A stretch of 64,000 nucleotides of DNA from Phoronis australis (taxonomy: Eukaryota; Animalia; Phoronida), in the NCBI GenBank assembly GCA_002633005.1, contig NMRA01000010.1, positions 489,252 to 553,251 of the forward strand, written 5' to 3'. Shown here piece after piece: positions 36,901 to 48,900 of the stretch. Both the position numbers and the translations under genes were made by a program. Under the pieces are notes generated by a model. That model was not told where the DNA came from. It did no database searches and saw only the letters and a program-made list of their open reading frames with translations. Within the stretch, counting starts at the first letter, position 1. Each line of letters starts with the position of its first letter.

Positions 36901-39900
36901 TTTGGGGTGTGTGAAAGGTAGTCCAGTACACTATCACCCTTAGAAGGTTTTCAAGGTATGTAATCCTACACTGTACAATTCTTGGTACCTACAGTGAGTC
37001 ACCTTGTGATGTTTATGTAATACTTGAGTGGAAGAAAACAGCCAGTGGGTAAATGGTAATATTGATATGGCAAATGAACAGTGTTTGTCATATGCCGGCT
37101 ATAGTGCACATCACCTTCATTTCTCAATTCTCGAACTTTAGCTCCCACGTACGCTGTACAATAATTAAAAGTAAAGCCCAGACAACACAGCAAAGCATTA
37201 TATGTGGGCCAACATAATGGAAAGAGGTTCGCTTCCAGCCTAGTTCCAGGTGGTCAAAAAGTGAGTCGGGTTCACATCAATACATACAAACAGTTTCCAT
37301 TAACATCCACACTTGCTATTTAGGCCGGGGCACATGCTTGGTGTTAATGGTGGGGTGTCGGTGAGATCTTGGATCGAAGTCAAAAGCCCACGTTTAGTTT
37401 GTGGGAAACAGGATTAAACATTGAAGCCTTGACACATGGCTACTTTTGTGGCACCGAAGTTATCCACAGATGTTGCAGTCAACAGCGCCAAACATTCATT
37501 GCATCAAAAAAGTGTAACCCTAATCATTACATTAAGCATTTCATTTCAGTTATTATTCCAATATGAGCTCGACTCTTCATACATACAAATACACACACTT
37601 TAGAACTTTTCACAACTCTACTCTGTCACTACAAGGCATTAACTTCCATGTTGTTGTTTAATTTCCCAAGCTAAGTTAAGTACCCAAGCTAACTTAAGTA
37701 CCCAAGCTAAGTTAAGTACCCAAGCTAACTTAAGTAACCAAGCTAAGTTAAGTACCCAAGCTAACTTAAGTACCCAAGCTAAGTTACGTACCCAAGCTAA
37801 GTTAAGTACCCAAGCTAAGTTAAGTACCCAAGCTAAGTTAAGTACCCAAGCTAAGTACAACTTAAAGTCTCCATTCACATCGACTTACCTCAATTAGCAG
37901 ATTTAACTAGGAGAGGAAAAGGCCCTAAAGCTGTTATCGTGGACCAGTTATCGTGGTGTGAGTTTTCACCGTGCGACTTGCTCCACTTAAGTCGCATTCG
38001 CACGACATTACATCGCAAACTCAGTCATTTAAACAAAGACTGTCTGCGCATGCTAGCATTAACAATAGTGGAACGTTCAAATTATGTGGAATGTCAGCGG
38101 ATCACGGTATATATGCTATTGCACAAGAGCATTGAAAGACGATCCCTTTCCACGCTGGTACTTGTGTTTAGGGTGTGTAGTTGACACAGGAGCAACTAAT
38201 CGAGTACAACTTGCTCTGCCTCAAAAAAACAGAGTAAAAAATGGTTACATTGACGTCAACTTGCTCCGTGTCAGTCGTGTTTACATACACTTGCGCCCAA
38301 TCAGCTGTTCTGTGTTAGTTGCTCCGTGACAACTATCTCCTGCATAAATGCGGCTTTATAGAGCTCAAAAGAAAAAACATAACTGAATACCAAAACTTTT
38401 GAAGATACACTTTCCCAAATGAACACCAAAACTGCAAGAAACTAGTCATTTACACTACCAGGCCATGGGACCCCTCTTGCTGTTCCAAATCAAAACTAGG
38501 CCTGTCTAGTGCTGTAAAATTAGATAACTCGTACCATACACATCTCAAAGGGTGTGTTGAGAACAAACACTACAGCAGATACCTATAACTTGGGAAAGAT
38601 GAGACATACTAATGACCAGTTTCCTTCTTTGAACTGAAGATCAGCATGTAGTCAGCCGGAACCAGTGAACTGAACTGATTAACTCATTTTTAAGTCACTT
38701 CACCTTTACCAGTCAGTAGACACTAAGTACATACCAAGGCCCACAAACTTTCCACCAGATCCCAGATCAATTCATCAAACTGGGACAAAAATTACAGCTA
38801 AAACTCCCATTTTTTTCTACTTTTCATAGCTTTATTACAGATACACTACTACCAACTTGCAAACGCTTTGTTTAGTTAGCTAAAATTGAAAATCGAATAA
38901 GGCATTTTACTCTCATAAAACTCAGATTCTATTTACGTTGCCAATAAAAAATGTTACATGTACGCACTGCCTGATACTTGAGTTCATAACGGAAAGAGGA
39001 TGACAACATGGAAAGGAATATCATGAGAATGTTAAAAATGGCCACTAGGTGGTGCAGAATACGTAAAAAACATTGCCACAAGGACGTCCACTGGTGGTCG
39101 GAGCCAACTCCCGTAAGAAGACATCTGCCAACTTTCATTAAAATCCTCCAACGTTCTCTAAGACAAACAGCAATGGATGACAGATGCCAGATGGCATGAT
39201 CCACCTACATACCACACACAGCCAACAAAGACATGCATATATAGGCTAATCCAAGCAGTAGTTGTCAGTTGGCAAGAATTTACTAGGTTGTCTAGCGTTG
39301 CTGATAAGCTGTCGCATAGGTATCTGGAGGTACACGACTTCCAAAATCATAATTTAAGGGAGTTCAACTCCTGTAAAGGATATTTTAGCAAAATTTGTGA
39401 CAAAATGAGGTCCAAACTCAAGCAAGTATGTGACAACAAGAGTCAATACATGTTGCATAACTACTCCATAGGGTCAATACATGTTTGTCAACCCAATGCA
39501 TTCTCCGACTATGTTGGCCCAGTAAACTGCCAATATGTGAGTGCATTGACCTACTGGTACCATGTGATGTGTGACACATGGGATGACAAATTATACAACA
39601 GATGATATACAGGTATGCCAGACAGGTAAATAAATTATTAGACACATCAGTGAACAATGCTTAGCCCAACACCAAATGATGCTGATGAACGCTAACTAAC
39701 CAAAAGTGGAGTACCCAAGTCCCAAAAACAACACATAGTTGGCAATAGCTGAGAATGAAAACAACCTGTGGCCATTTTTATAGACAAACGGGAAATTAGG
39801 AGTACACAGTATGCATGTAGTCAGTACCATAGCCAATTTTCCATTCCTGTCCAATAATTCGCGCAGGCTCACCGCCTCCCAATGGGAGAAGCATACGGCC

Positions 39901-42900
39901 GGGACATGTAGTCTAAGTATGAATATGCCATTTCACCTTTGATGGACAATTATTTACTTCCTGCAGTATTTTGAGCAGGTGCTCAGATATATGTGAGGCG
40001 ACTAACTTTACGAGGAAGCCTAACAAAATATGAGTTGCCATGGTGACCTGTAGGTGGCCAAATCCAGCTCAGCACATAAATTTGCCTTCACTTATCATTC
40101 GGACACTTGTCCTAAAGCTATGAAAATGTGTACAAAAAAAGAAGCAACAAATAGGGTTACAAACAAATGACTAGACTAATTACTCGTCATAGATAGATGT
40201 TTAAAAATACACTTGTTTGTTCCATGCCTGAAACTGTCACTCCATTACCCATGAAACGGCTTTTACAAGGGGGTTCATGCAATATACCTCATGAGTCAAC
40301 AGAAACATATGTACTGCAAAGACAACTATAGTATGAAAGGGCGGACGTACTCATGTAGTTCACTACTAGTCCATGAGGCCTACTCGGGAGTCAAAAGACC
40401 ACCTGAGAAAAATCTCTTCATGACTTGGAAGTTCTAGTTCGTGAGAAAAAAAAATCAACAAGGCAAGTGGATATCTGTGTGTAGAGTATATTCTGGTTTC
40501 CTTAAGTTTCATGAACCAGACAGAAGAGTACAATGTGGATTCAAAAATCTGTTATTTCTGAATGGTCAGACATCTCCCTAACAGAATTTGTGGTAGAGCC
40601 TACCAAAGCCATACCAGTGCAGGTAGTATATCACGCGTGGTATACAGGTAAATCACACATTGGCTGTTATCAAATAGTGACCAGGTAAACGTGGCAAGTG
40701 AATCATTATTGTCACACAAAGTAGTACTAGTGCACACCGTAGTCTAGGAAACCACACCCAGAACGGGTGTACTTTGACGTACAGAATGCACTTGATTGGC
40801 TGATAAACATGTTAACGCAGTTGTGAAAACATAACTTGAACACAACTCCATGCATAAAAATGTTTTTGTATGTTACGGCAACATAGAATGATTTTACCCC
40901 GTATTTTAGGTGCTACTTTATACTGCAGCTTTGTAATGTTACGGTGAAGATACAGCTAACAAAAACTGTTTCCTATGGAATAGCCTTATACATATAACAA
41001 AGATTTTCAGGAGATACAACACTCCTTGTAATAAGACAAGAATACCTTGACCAAATATATAAATGTGGAGACCCTGATTTTCCATTTCCACAAAAAAATG
41101 TTTTACCACACTTAGATTCCATTTTCCCCAAAACCAATATCAACACATTCCATTTTATTATTTCAAAGTAATCAATAGCATACTAAATGTTCTGGGGATC
41201 GTCTTGCTCTTTGCGCTGCTTTTATACCGCAGCTCCGTTTTACCAACGACTTGCTGCGCAGTGATGTTTCTCAAAACCAGAAGATGAACAGCGCCACCTT
41301 CAGAAAAAAGGTATAACTACTTAATATATTCACTGCATAGTGATCATTGACGGACTTATGACGAGAATTGGTCCCCATTAACAAATTTGATCAATTATAT
41401 TCTTAATTTTTAATTATCAGAAACCAAAAATAAGGTAACTAAGTTTTATGATCTGCTACTGAAATATTTCAAATCTGTTCCAAGTGTCTTACTTCTGTGA
41501 AAGAGGTGTGATTCCACGAATTATGTCGATTTTCCATTATCATGAAACCCAGGGTCTTTATAAAAGGGCCAGCCCAGGGGAGATAACATTTAACAACAGC
41601 CTGGCCAAGGCTTCACAGTTATTACAACAGAGCCTATTTATGCCCAGCTTGTTGTTGCTACAAAGGGTGGAGTGTAGTCATAATACAGTGTTACAATACC
41701 TAAGTAAACAGTTCACAAAGACACAAGGCACACTCAGTCTATCCTGGTGTTTAGAAGGTAATTTTGTATAAGCTGTTACTACACCTTTAGTCTCTCAACA
41801 GGATATCAATTTACAAGGCAAATGGACTCATGGTTGTTACGCAAATAATGAAGTATACATGAAAAACATAACTTTTGCATCGAGTCACCAATAATTACAA
41901 TGAGCGTGATCAAACGTCAAACTTCAACAAATGCACAAACTAGAACAACAGAACCTTCAATTGGTATGTTAAAACCCTCAATGCCTGGTAAGGTTCTCTA
42001 CACGATAACACCTCGTGAGTCCAGTTAATGTCTCACAGTTGGCAAGCGGTCATTCGTGTTTTCTCATTGATTTGCTATCAGAGGTCCTCCACACTCAGCC
42101 ACACAAGAGCTGTACAATCCACCAACAGGAAGATAACAAATGTTATCCAATACAGGTAACCCACATCACACCTGACACACCAAGATCACATTCTCGAAAC
42201 CTTGCCGTTCAATATCACACAATTCCTACTAAACATTTTCAAACGCAGATTTTTTTGCAAATAGCCCAGGTGGTTCCCCCATATGAGGAGTTGGTTGAGA
42301 CGTGCTCCCAACACAGATGTGCATTTTATTGTCTGGGTACATTGAATCCGGTGCGTAATTTTCTCTTTCAGGTGAGGTACCACATTGGGTGGGTACTTTT
42401 CCCTCGCAGACTATGCGGTAACTGGAGAGGGGTGGGTAACCCAGTACACATGATGAGTGACCGAAACGTCGTGACAATGTATATAGACAAGAGGACAGTG
42501 TAAATAGACCAAGAGATTTTGATAATAGTTGTAAGACACTTGCGAAAAAGCAAAATCACGCAAAAACTATTGGCACGCATTACAAGCAAAGTGCGTGACC
42601 ACACTAGCTCTAGTCGCGAGAGTCTTGCATCTAGAGTTCGGTCCACACACGGCCTCAGTGTTCTCCACATTATAAACTCCAAACTCGACGCAAATGTTGA
42701 ATGTCAGTTGACATTGTCTTGTGTCTTATCATAAGGATGGTCATGCTGGAGGTATTTATATATGGTTTAAAACTGCACACTGCACTGGTGTGACCTACTT
42801 TTTAGACACTTCAAAGTTTAGCTTTCCTACCAATGCATCTCATAATTCCTCCAAAGCATTTGACAGACCCAGAGCAGCAAACAAAAGATCAAAAGTTCCT

Positions 42901-45900
42901 TTAATAATACCAATGCCGATTTTAATATCAATTAGACATATTAAGTACTACTAACATGAGTTCTGATGTGACCTAGTTTTTAGTGACACCTGTTGTCAAG
43001 TTTAATAAGCTCATAAAGTTCTAACTTGCCACTAGATGTCAGTCAAAATCAAAATTGTCTTTATTAAGCAAATTAAATTGCTTTTTTACAGATTGACTTG
43101 CAAAATTTTAAAGTTAGAATGACAAAGTAGATTAGTCATTAAATTAAGCAAGCTAGGTGACTCCATGAAATGTTTGTTATTTAAAGATTTTTGCAGATTT
43201 TGTTAATTATAATTTAAACTTTTTTAGTGTCTTACGAAGTAATACATATAGTGTTGACTGCCTCTATAGTTCTGAAATGGGCTTGATGTTGGTTAATCAG
43301 GCACTGCTTTAGTGTTGAGGTCTGAAATACCAAGCCAGGACAAAAGTTCAAACCTGACGCAGCACTTTCTAAACTCGTCGCGCATTTTCCAAACTCGACG
43401 CGGCGAAATCCAAACTCATTACAGCGTCGAGTTAAAACAGGCCGTGGAGAACACTGGGCCTACACTTTCACAACTTGCACTAGCGCAACTTACCCCACAC
43501 ACATATCCGATAACTACGGTAACGCGGAGGTTGTCGCTCTGCGCGTGAAAAAGAATAGCTAATGGGAAGACCAGTCTACTGCAGCTGATACATACTTCTG
43601 CCTTGCCCCACGATTGAGGCCACACAGGCATTACAATTGGCGCAAGGTACCCTAAAACAAGTTACCCCACTCCAATAAGGCCAGGGTAAGTTGTCACAAG
43701 TTAGTAAGTTGTACTAGTTTGAATAGCGTCCACACAGTCTTCAAACCTAGCGACAACTCCTTACAGGAGTAACTTGTTCTACGGTAAGTCTGTGTGTTGA
43801 CGGCTCTATAGGAACCCAGTCTCATTTTCCTTGGGCTCATCCGCAGATACCTGCTGAGCTGGGAGTGATATGGCTCAGACAGGTATGACAAAAGGGAGAA
43901 GGGAGGGGTGACCAGCCATTATTGATCCTCTCAGCCATCATTGTACTGAGACAAGAACAGTTATGTGGCCTGTACAACTCAAAAGACTCCCCTTTAACTG
44001 ACTTTCACTAAGTACACCACCACTTAATATATAAACATTTACTAAAAGGTACAAATAAGACATCAGATTAACCTCTTCCAATTTCTTGGACATACACGAA
44101 ATCAGAGGAATTTCAAGCAGCCGTCCACCAAGACTGTTCCTGTACTGTTGCCATTCGGTCACTAGAATAATTGTGGATGCAAATAACAACAGCAGCATGG
44201 AAGATCAGACAAAATTCGCAAATTAAAGCCATTCCCGCAGCCACATGCTGTCAAAGACTTACTTTTGCCTCAAATCATGTTCTGTCATTAAACTGGTATC
44301 GGAAGGAAGTGACAATATAAAGTTGGACCATATCAAGACACCTTGTGGTTGAAGCTGAGTGCACCTTTTGGAATTGAGCTTCAACTAGGATTGCAAGTAA
44401 AGCCTTCACACAGACAGAAACTCTACTAAGCACAACTGACTGGAGATCAACCTTTGAACGGCTTCCATTTCATAGCCAAGTTAGTCATGTTATGAAAATA
44501 ACATGACAAAAGAGAATTGTACTGGACTTCTAACACTATATGTAGTTAAGTCAACTTTGAGGATGAAATTCACTATTTGAATAAGTCTTGAATCGACTGA
44601 CCAGCATGAATCATACGACCAATGTTTATGTTGACAGCCAGTCCTGGACAATCAATGTTTGGCGTGTTTACAACTACAGTTATGATCTTATGAGGTAGAA
44701 AATGAGACATGCATATGGTCCAGTTTCACTCAAACCACATAGAGACCACATTTGTTTGGGAATCACAAGACCACAACACAACAGCTCAGCAAACATGAAA
44801 CAATGGCGGCATTCATTGCATGGCCAGTCAGACCAAGAAAGATGGGGAGGTCTATCTACAAAGTACTGGGCAGCCAAACACATGTCCTACAACCCCCCAC
44901 TGCCCCCAGACAACTCTCATATAATGCAAAGGAATTAAAACATTTCGTGCAATGGCACTGGGACTAAAATGCTCTATTAGTTAAATATGCAGTTCAAAGT
45001 TTACAAAAATACCATCAGGGACAAACAAGAGGGTAAGCACCACTTGAACAATGTTTGATAGTCTGTACAACTTGTACTAGGACCTGTACAGAATCAAACA
45101 GAATTATACACGTATACATTCACTTAAAAATGCAAACAATTTGCAGAAAGACAATAGTTCAAAACTAGCTTGCTACCGATGGGGGGAAATAGTGTCCGAC
45201 TCCATTTACTTAAATCTAGCTATTTTAACTCTTATAAACACTTGTGCTCAAACACAGAAGGCAACCTCGCTAAAACTTTATTACGAAAGCCATGACATCT
45301 TCGTCATAACTGGACTGCAATGTACATCTCCATTGCACAGAAATTGATGAAAAATCAATCATACACGCACACATACTCTTTACATTGTCAAGCGCAAGGA
45401 TTTCCTAAGTCTGTGTTTATGTCAACCCCTCCAATGCTAACAATGCATTAAGCCAACACCATTCCATAAACAACATGATTCCATGAACAACACCATACAA
45501 CAGGTTAATTGAGAATAGTTGATATGGAATAGGAGGAAATAATGAGTTAGCCCACTCAAAGCATGTTTAGGAGAACTGTAGGGGAAATGTGCTGTACACA
45601 CCATTTGTTAAAACTTCAATAGGGACAAATCCGGCTCAACAAAAGTATAATCTGATATACCTGGAATCCCCCCTGGGTTTACAATAACATTCATTGCTGG
45701 TCAAGGGAATAGGTCAAAACATACAAATGTGTTTACCAATAAATTTCAAGTTTGCCCAATAAAAAATTCCGGTGTGCTTCACGAACTTATTTCACTTAGC
45801 ACGGTAACACGTTTGGCTCAACTGTGCCAGGTAAGAAATGCAATGCAACAAATTTGAATTAATAATTAGCCATTTCTGCAACTAAACATTCTAACATTAC

Positions 45901-48900
45901 AAAAGCTTGTTCAGTACAGTGGCTCCACCTACATCAAGAGCGAGCCCCCGCCTCAAGGGAGACCTTACTATTGGATGACACATCATGACAGCATGCACTC
46001 GCTTCAATTCCAAAATGGAAGCAGGGATCAACAAATCAGTGCGAAACTCCATCATTTTGGGGGACAACTTTTCGCAATTCAAAATTATAAACCCTCTCGT
46101 ATGACTGTTTTGGAAGTGACATGAGATCAATATAATGCGAACAAACGTTAACGCCTATGAGAACAATAGGTTCTTTCCAACTGACACAGTGCTGACGTCT
46201 CCCCACCCTTTTCCATTCCCTGAATCGATCAGTGATGGCAGGTCAGTGTAAACAAATCACCACAACAAAGCAGGACCACTGCAACTGCCCAGTGACCACA
46301 TACACACACTAGACCATGTAACACAGCATTCCTAGAAGCATTACTCAGATGACCTATAGTGTGAACTAGGCATATGGCCACTTGAAAGGACCAGAATAAA
46401 CCACTTCCTTGTGAAGGGTTCTTTACACAGGGTTAGACGAGAAAGAGACCATTTAACTCATCTTTCACTGGAGGCATTTTTGACCGAGGGACATCTGTGC
46501 CCACCTTCACATGCAAACACCTTACAGTGTACAACAGTCCAACAGTCTAAAGATCTGACAACACAATACAGTCATAGAACACAAGACTGTTGTATTTAAC
46601 AAATGTATGCAAGGGCTGATGCACAATTTTTTTATCTGATGTGCCCCAAGCTATTTGTCAATTCTGCTTCAACAAATCATACAACAAGCATCACTAGCCA
46701 ATCACTACATGCCATTTTGTCATGTGACTAAGTTGTGAGACAACGGCCCCTATGGCGCATCACTAAAACTATGCGCTGAGGTGAAAATCCATGAAAGCTC
46801 AAGGATGAGTCTCCCAAAAATGACACGAATCTCGCATAATGTCTCGTCACGCAGACATTGGTCATCTGTCAACGACAATTACGTGATAATCCCGTGACGA
46901 CAATCGAATTCTGAACCCAAGTATTTTTTGTAATTCGCAGAGGGTGGTATAATTCACAAGAAGTCTTAGCGTCTGTTACTAAATCGTGCAAGGTGAAGGT
47001 ATTTAATCCCATAAATTTATTTAACTGGTTAGAAAATGATTTGAAATAAATACGACAATTTGTCTCATAAGAAATGAAAGGATTTCATAAATTGGCTAAA
47101 AGTAGATCTATCTCTACATCGGCTGAACTACAAATGTTGTAGTGAGCTGGTGGCAATGAAAACTGATAATTCAAAACACTACAGCAGCTTGTGACAGTAT
47201 GTTGCAAACTGTGAAAAACGGCAACCATGATACATTATCAGTGAAGCCATAGTGAAATCTGGTCTATGACAGCCGCTGTTATGACTTCGACAAGAGTGGG
47301 GATGATGTGATATAAGTTCATGATAGTCTGACAGTATAGCTGGTAAACAGAACGCATTAAGAAGCATCTCTCTGAGGACAAGCCAGAACCATCTCAACAA
47401 TTACCAGACCAAACATGACCATAGCCAAGTCCATGAGGCAACACTGCTGCCTGGTCTAAAACGTACAATCTCTCAGTCACTGACGACCTCAGGACTAGCT
47501 CGTAACTGCGAGTCCGAAATTCCTGTGCCAGCAATGGCTCAAACCTGAGGCCATCTGCAATCTGGTTAGATAGATCTGTTCCAACTTCTGACAGGTTACT
47601 AGTAAGTCACATGACGAGACCCTGTACAACTCGGCAGAAAATGAAACAACACATGAAATAGGTCCTCTACGCATATACAGAACCAGTGATGATCAGTCAT
47701 ACTACAAGTCCAATCTAGGTCATGATTTGAAGGTGACATATAGTAAAACCAGGTCTACATATAGATCCAAGTCACTAAGTGGCCACTGCATAAATTGATC
47801 ACATATAGGCTGTTTGTTATTTACACTCTGAAGTGGAGAGGAAACAAAACATGGCAATAGTTCAAGTCAGTTCAACTGATTGTGCTACTTAAAAACAAGC
47901 AGCTGCCTGAAGTTCCTTGAAACAATATTCATAATAAAGTTTGACCTCGCTCAAACCTCACGCTTATAGAGCGCGTGAGACCCTAATAGCTGGTTTTTGA
48001 AATAGCCACCCCATATTGAAATTGACTATCCCACTAGACGACTATCACGTCTTTGGCAGACTGGCGTTTAGTGCCACCTACAGATGCCATGTAATGTGAT
48101 CGAGAGGTTTCTGATATAAACAACCTTTTTAAGATATTTCCTACTACTACAATGCCAGTAAATTTCCTCTGCTGTGCGGTGGGATGTACGTAATACCTTA
48201 CAGAAAAAGGTAAGCCTCTTGAAATATCAATGGATGAACAAGGACATCATGTTCAAAAAGGTAAGCCTCTTGAAATATCAATGGATGAACAACGACATCA
48301 TGTTCAAAAAGGTAAGCCTCTTGAAATATCAATGGATGAACAAGGACATCATGTTCAATCTCCCTACCAAGAAGAATCCACGACAAAGTCAGGGGTTGCA
48401 GTGATCAAGTGGGAGAATTTCGATACCAGCCGATGTCAAAAATCCAATATAAATTAGTAAACTTAACCTAATCAAACAATGAGAGGGTCTGATAGTGGGA
48501 TTTATTCCTCTGTTTTTAACTTAATAACCAATATGTAGTACTGAACTTCTGTCCACAGAATCTGAGTCACAATCAAGCGGAAGTCACTTTCACGCTCTCA
48601 TAACTCTAGAGAAAAATAATAAGACTGCTGGTCTGTAACACAATTCACGATGTAACACAACTTTTGCTCTTAATTAATTAATATTCCCAGTAAGGATTAT
48701 TCAACCTTGGCAAATTGAAATAAGGAAGTCAAAGTTGCCAACATCCATTCAAACTAAAATAAATCACATTTGGGATAGCAAAGCAAGTCACAGACGTAAT
48801 TGAACTCTGCTTGGTCAACAATATTAGCGCGACGACTGTATTTATCAGGAGTGCCAACTCAACGTATTGAGAAACGCAAAAGTAAATTCGGTAAAGACAA

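Noticed and set aside
37639-37878. ORF with LAWVLN repeats, and the array as a possible CRISPR
   Set aside because: It is the translation of an 18-bp minisatellite. The units are contiguous with no unique spacers, there are no cas genes, and the context is eukaryotic.
37986-38360. Harbinger-like MITE
   Set aside because: The terminal inverted match is only about 10 bp with several mismatches, too weak to call.
39957-40047. Possible alternative CK1a exon encoding ..HLLKILQE
   Set aside because: The acceptor is weak, the end phase is wrong and there is a stop in the CK1a frame; the similarity to LYKLLQG looks coincidental.
42015-42682. Cluster of 65-162-aa ORFs as a nested gene or reverse transcriptase
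   Set aside because: No RT, GIY-YIG or other recognisable motif.
48174-48457. Overlapping repeat-containing ORFs
   Set aside because: They arise from the 51-bp tandem repeat and show no recognisable protein similarity.
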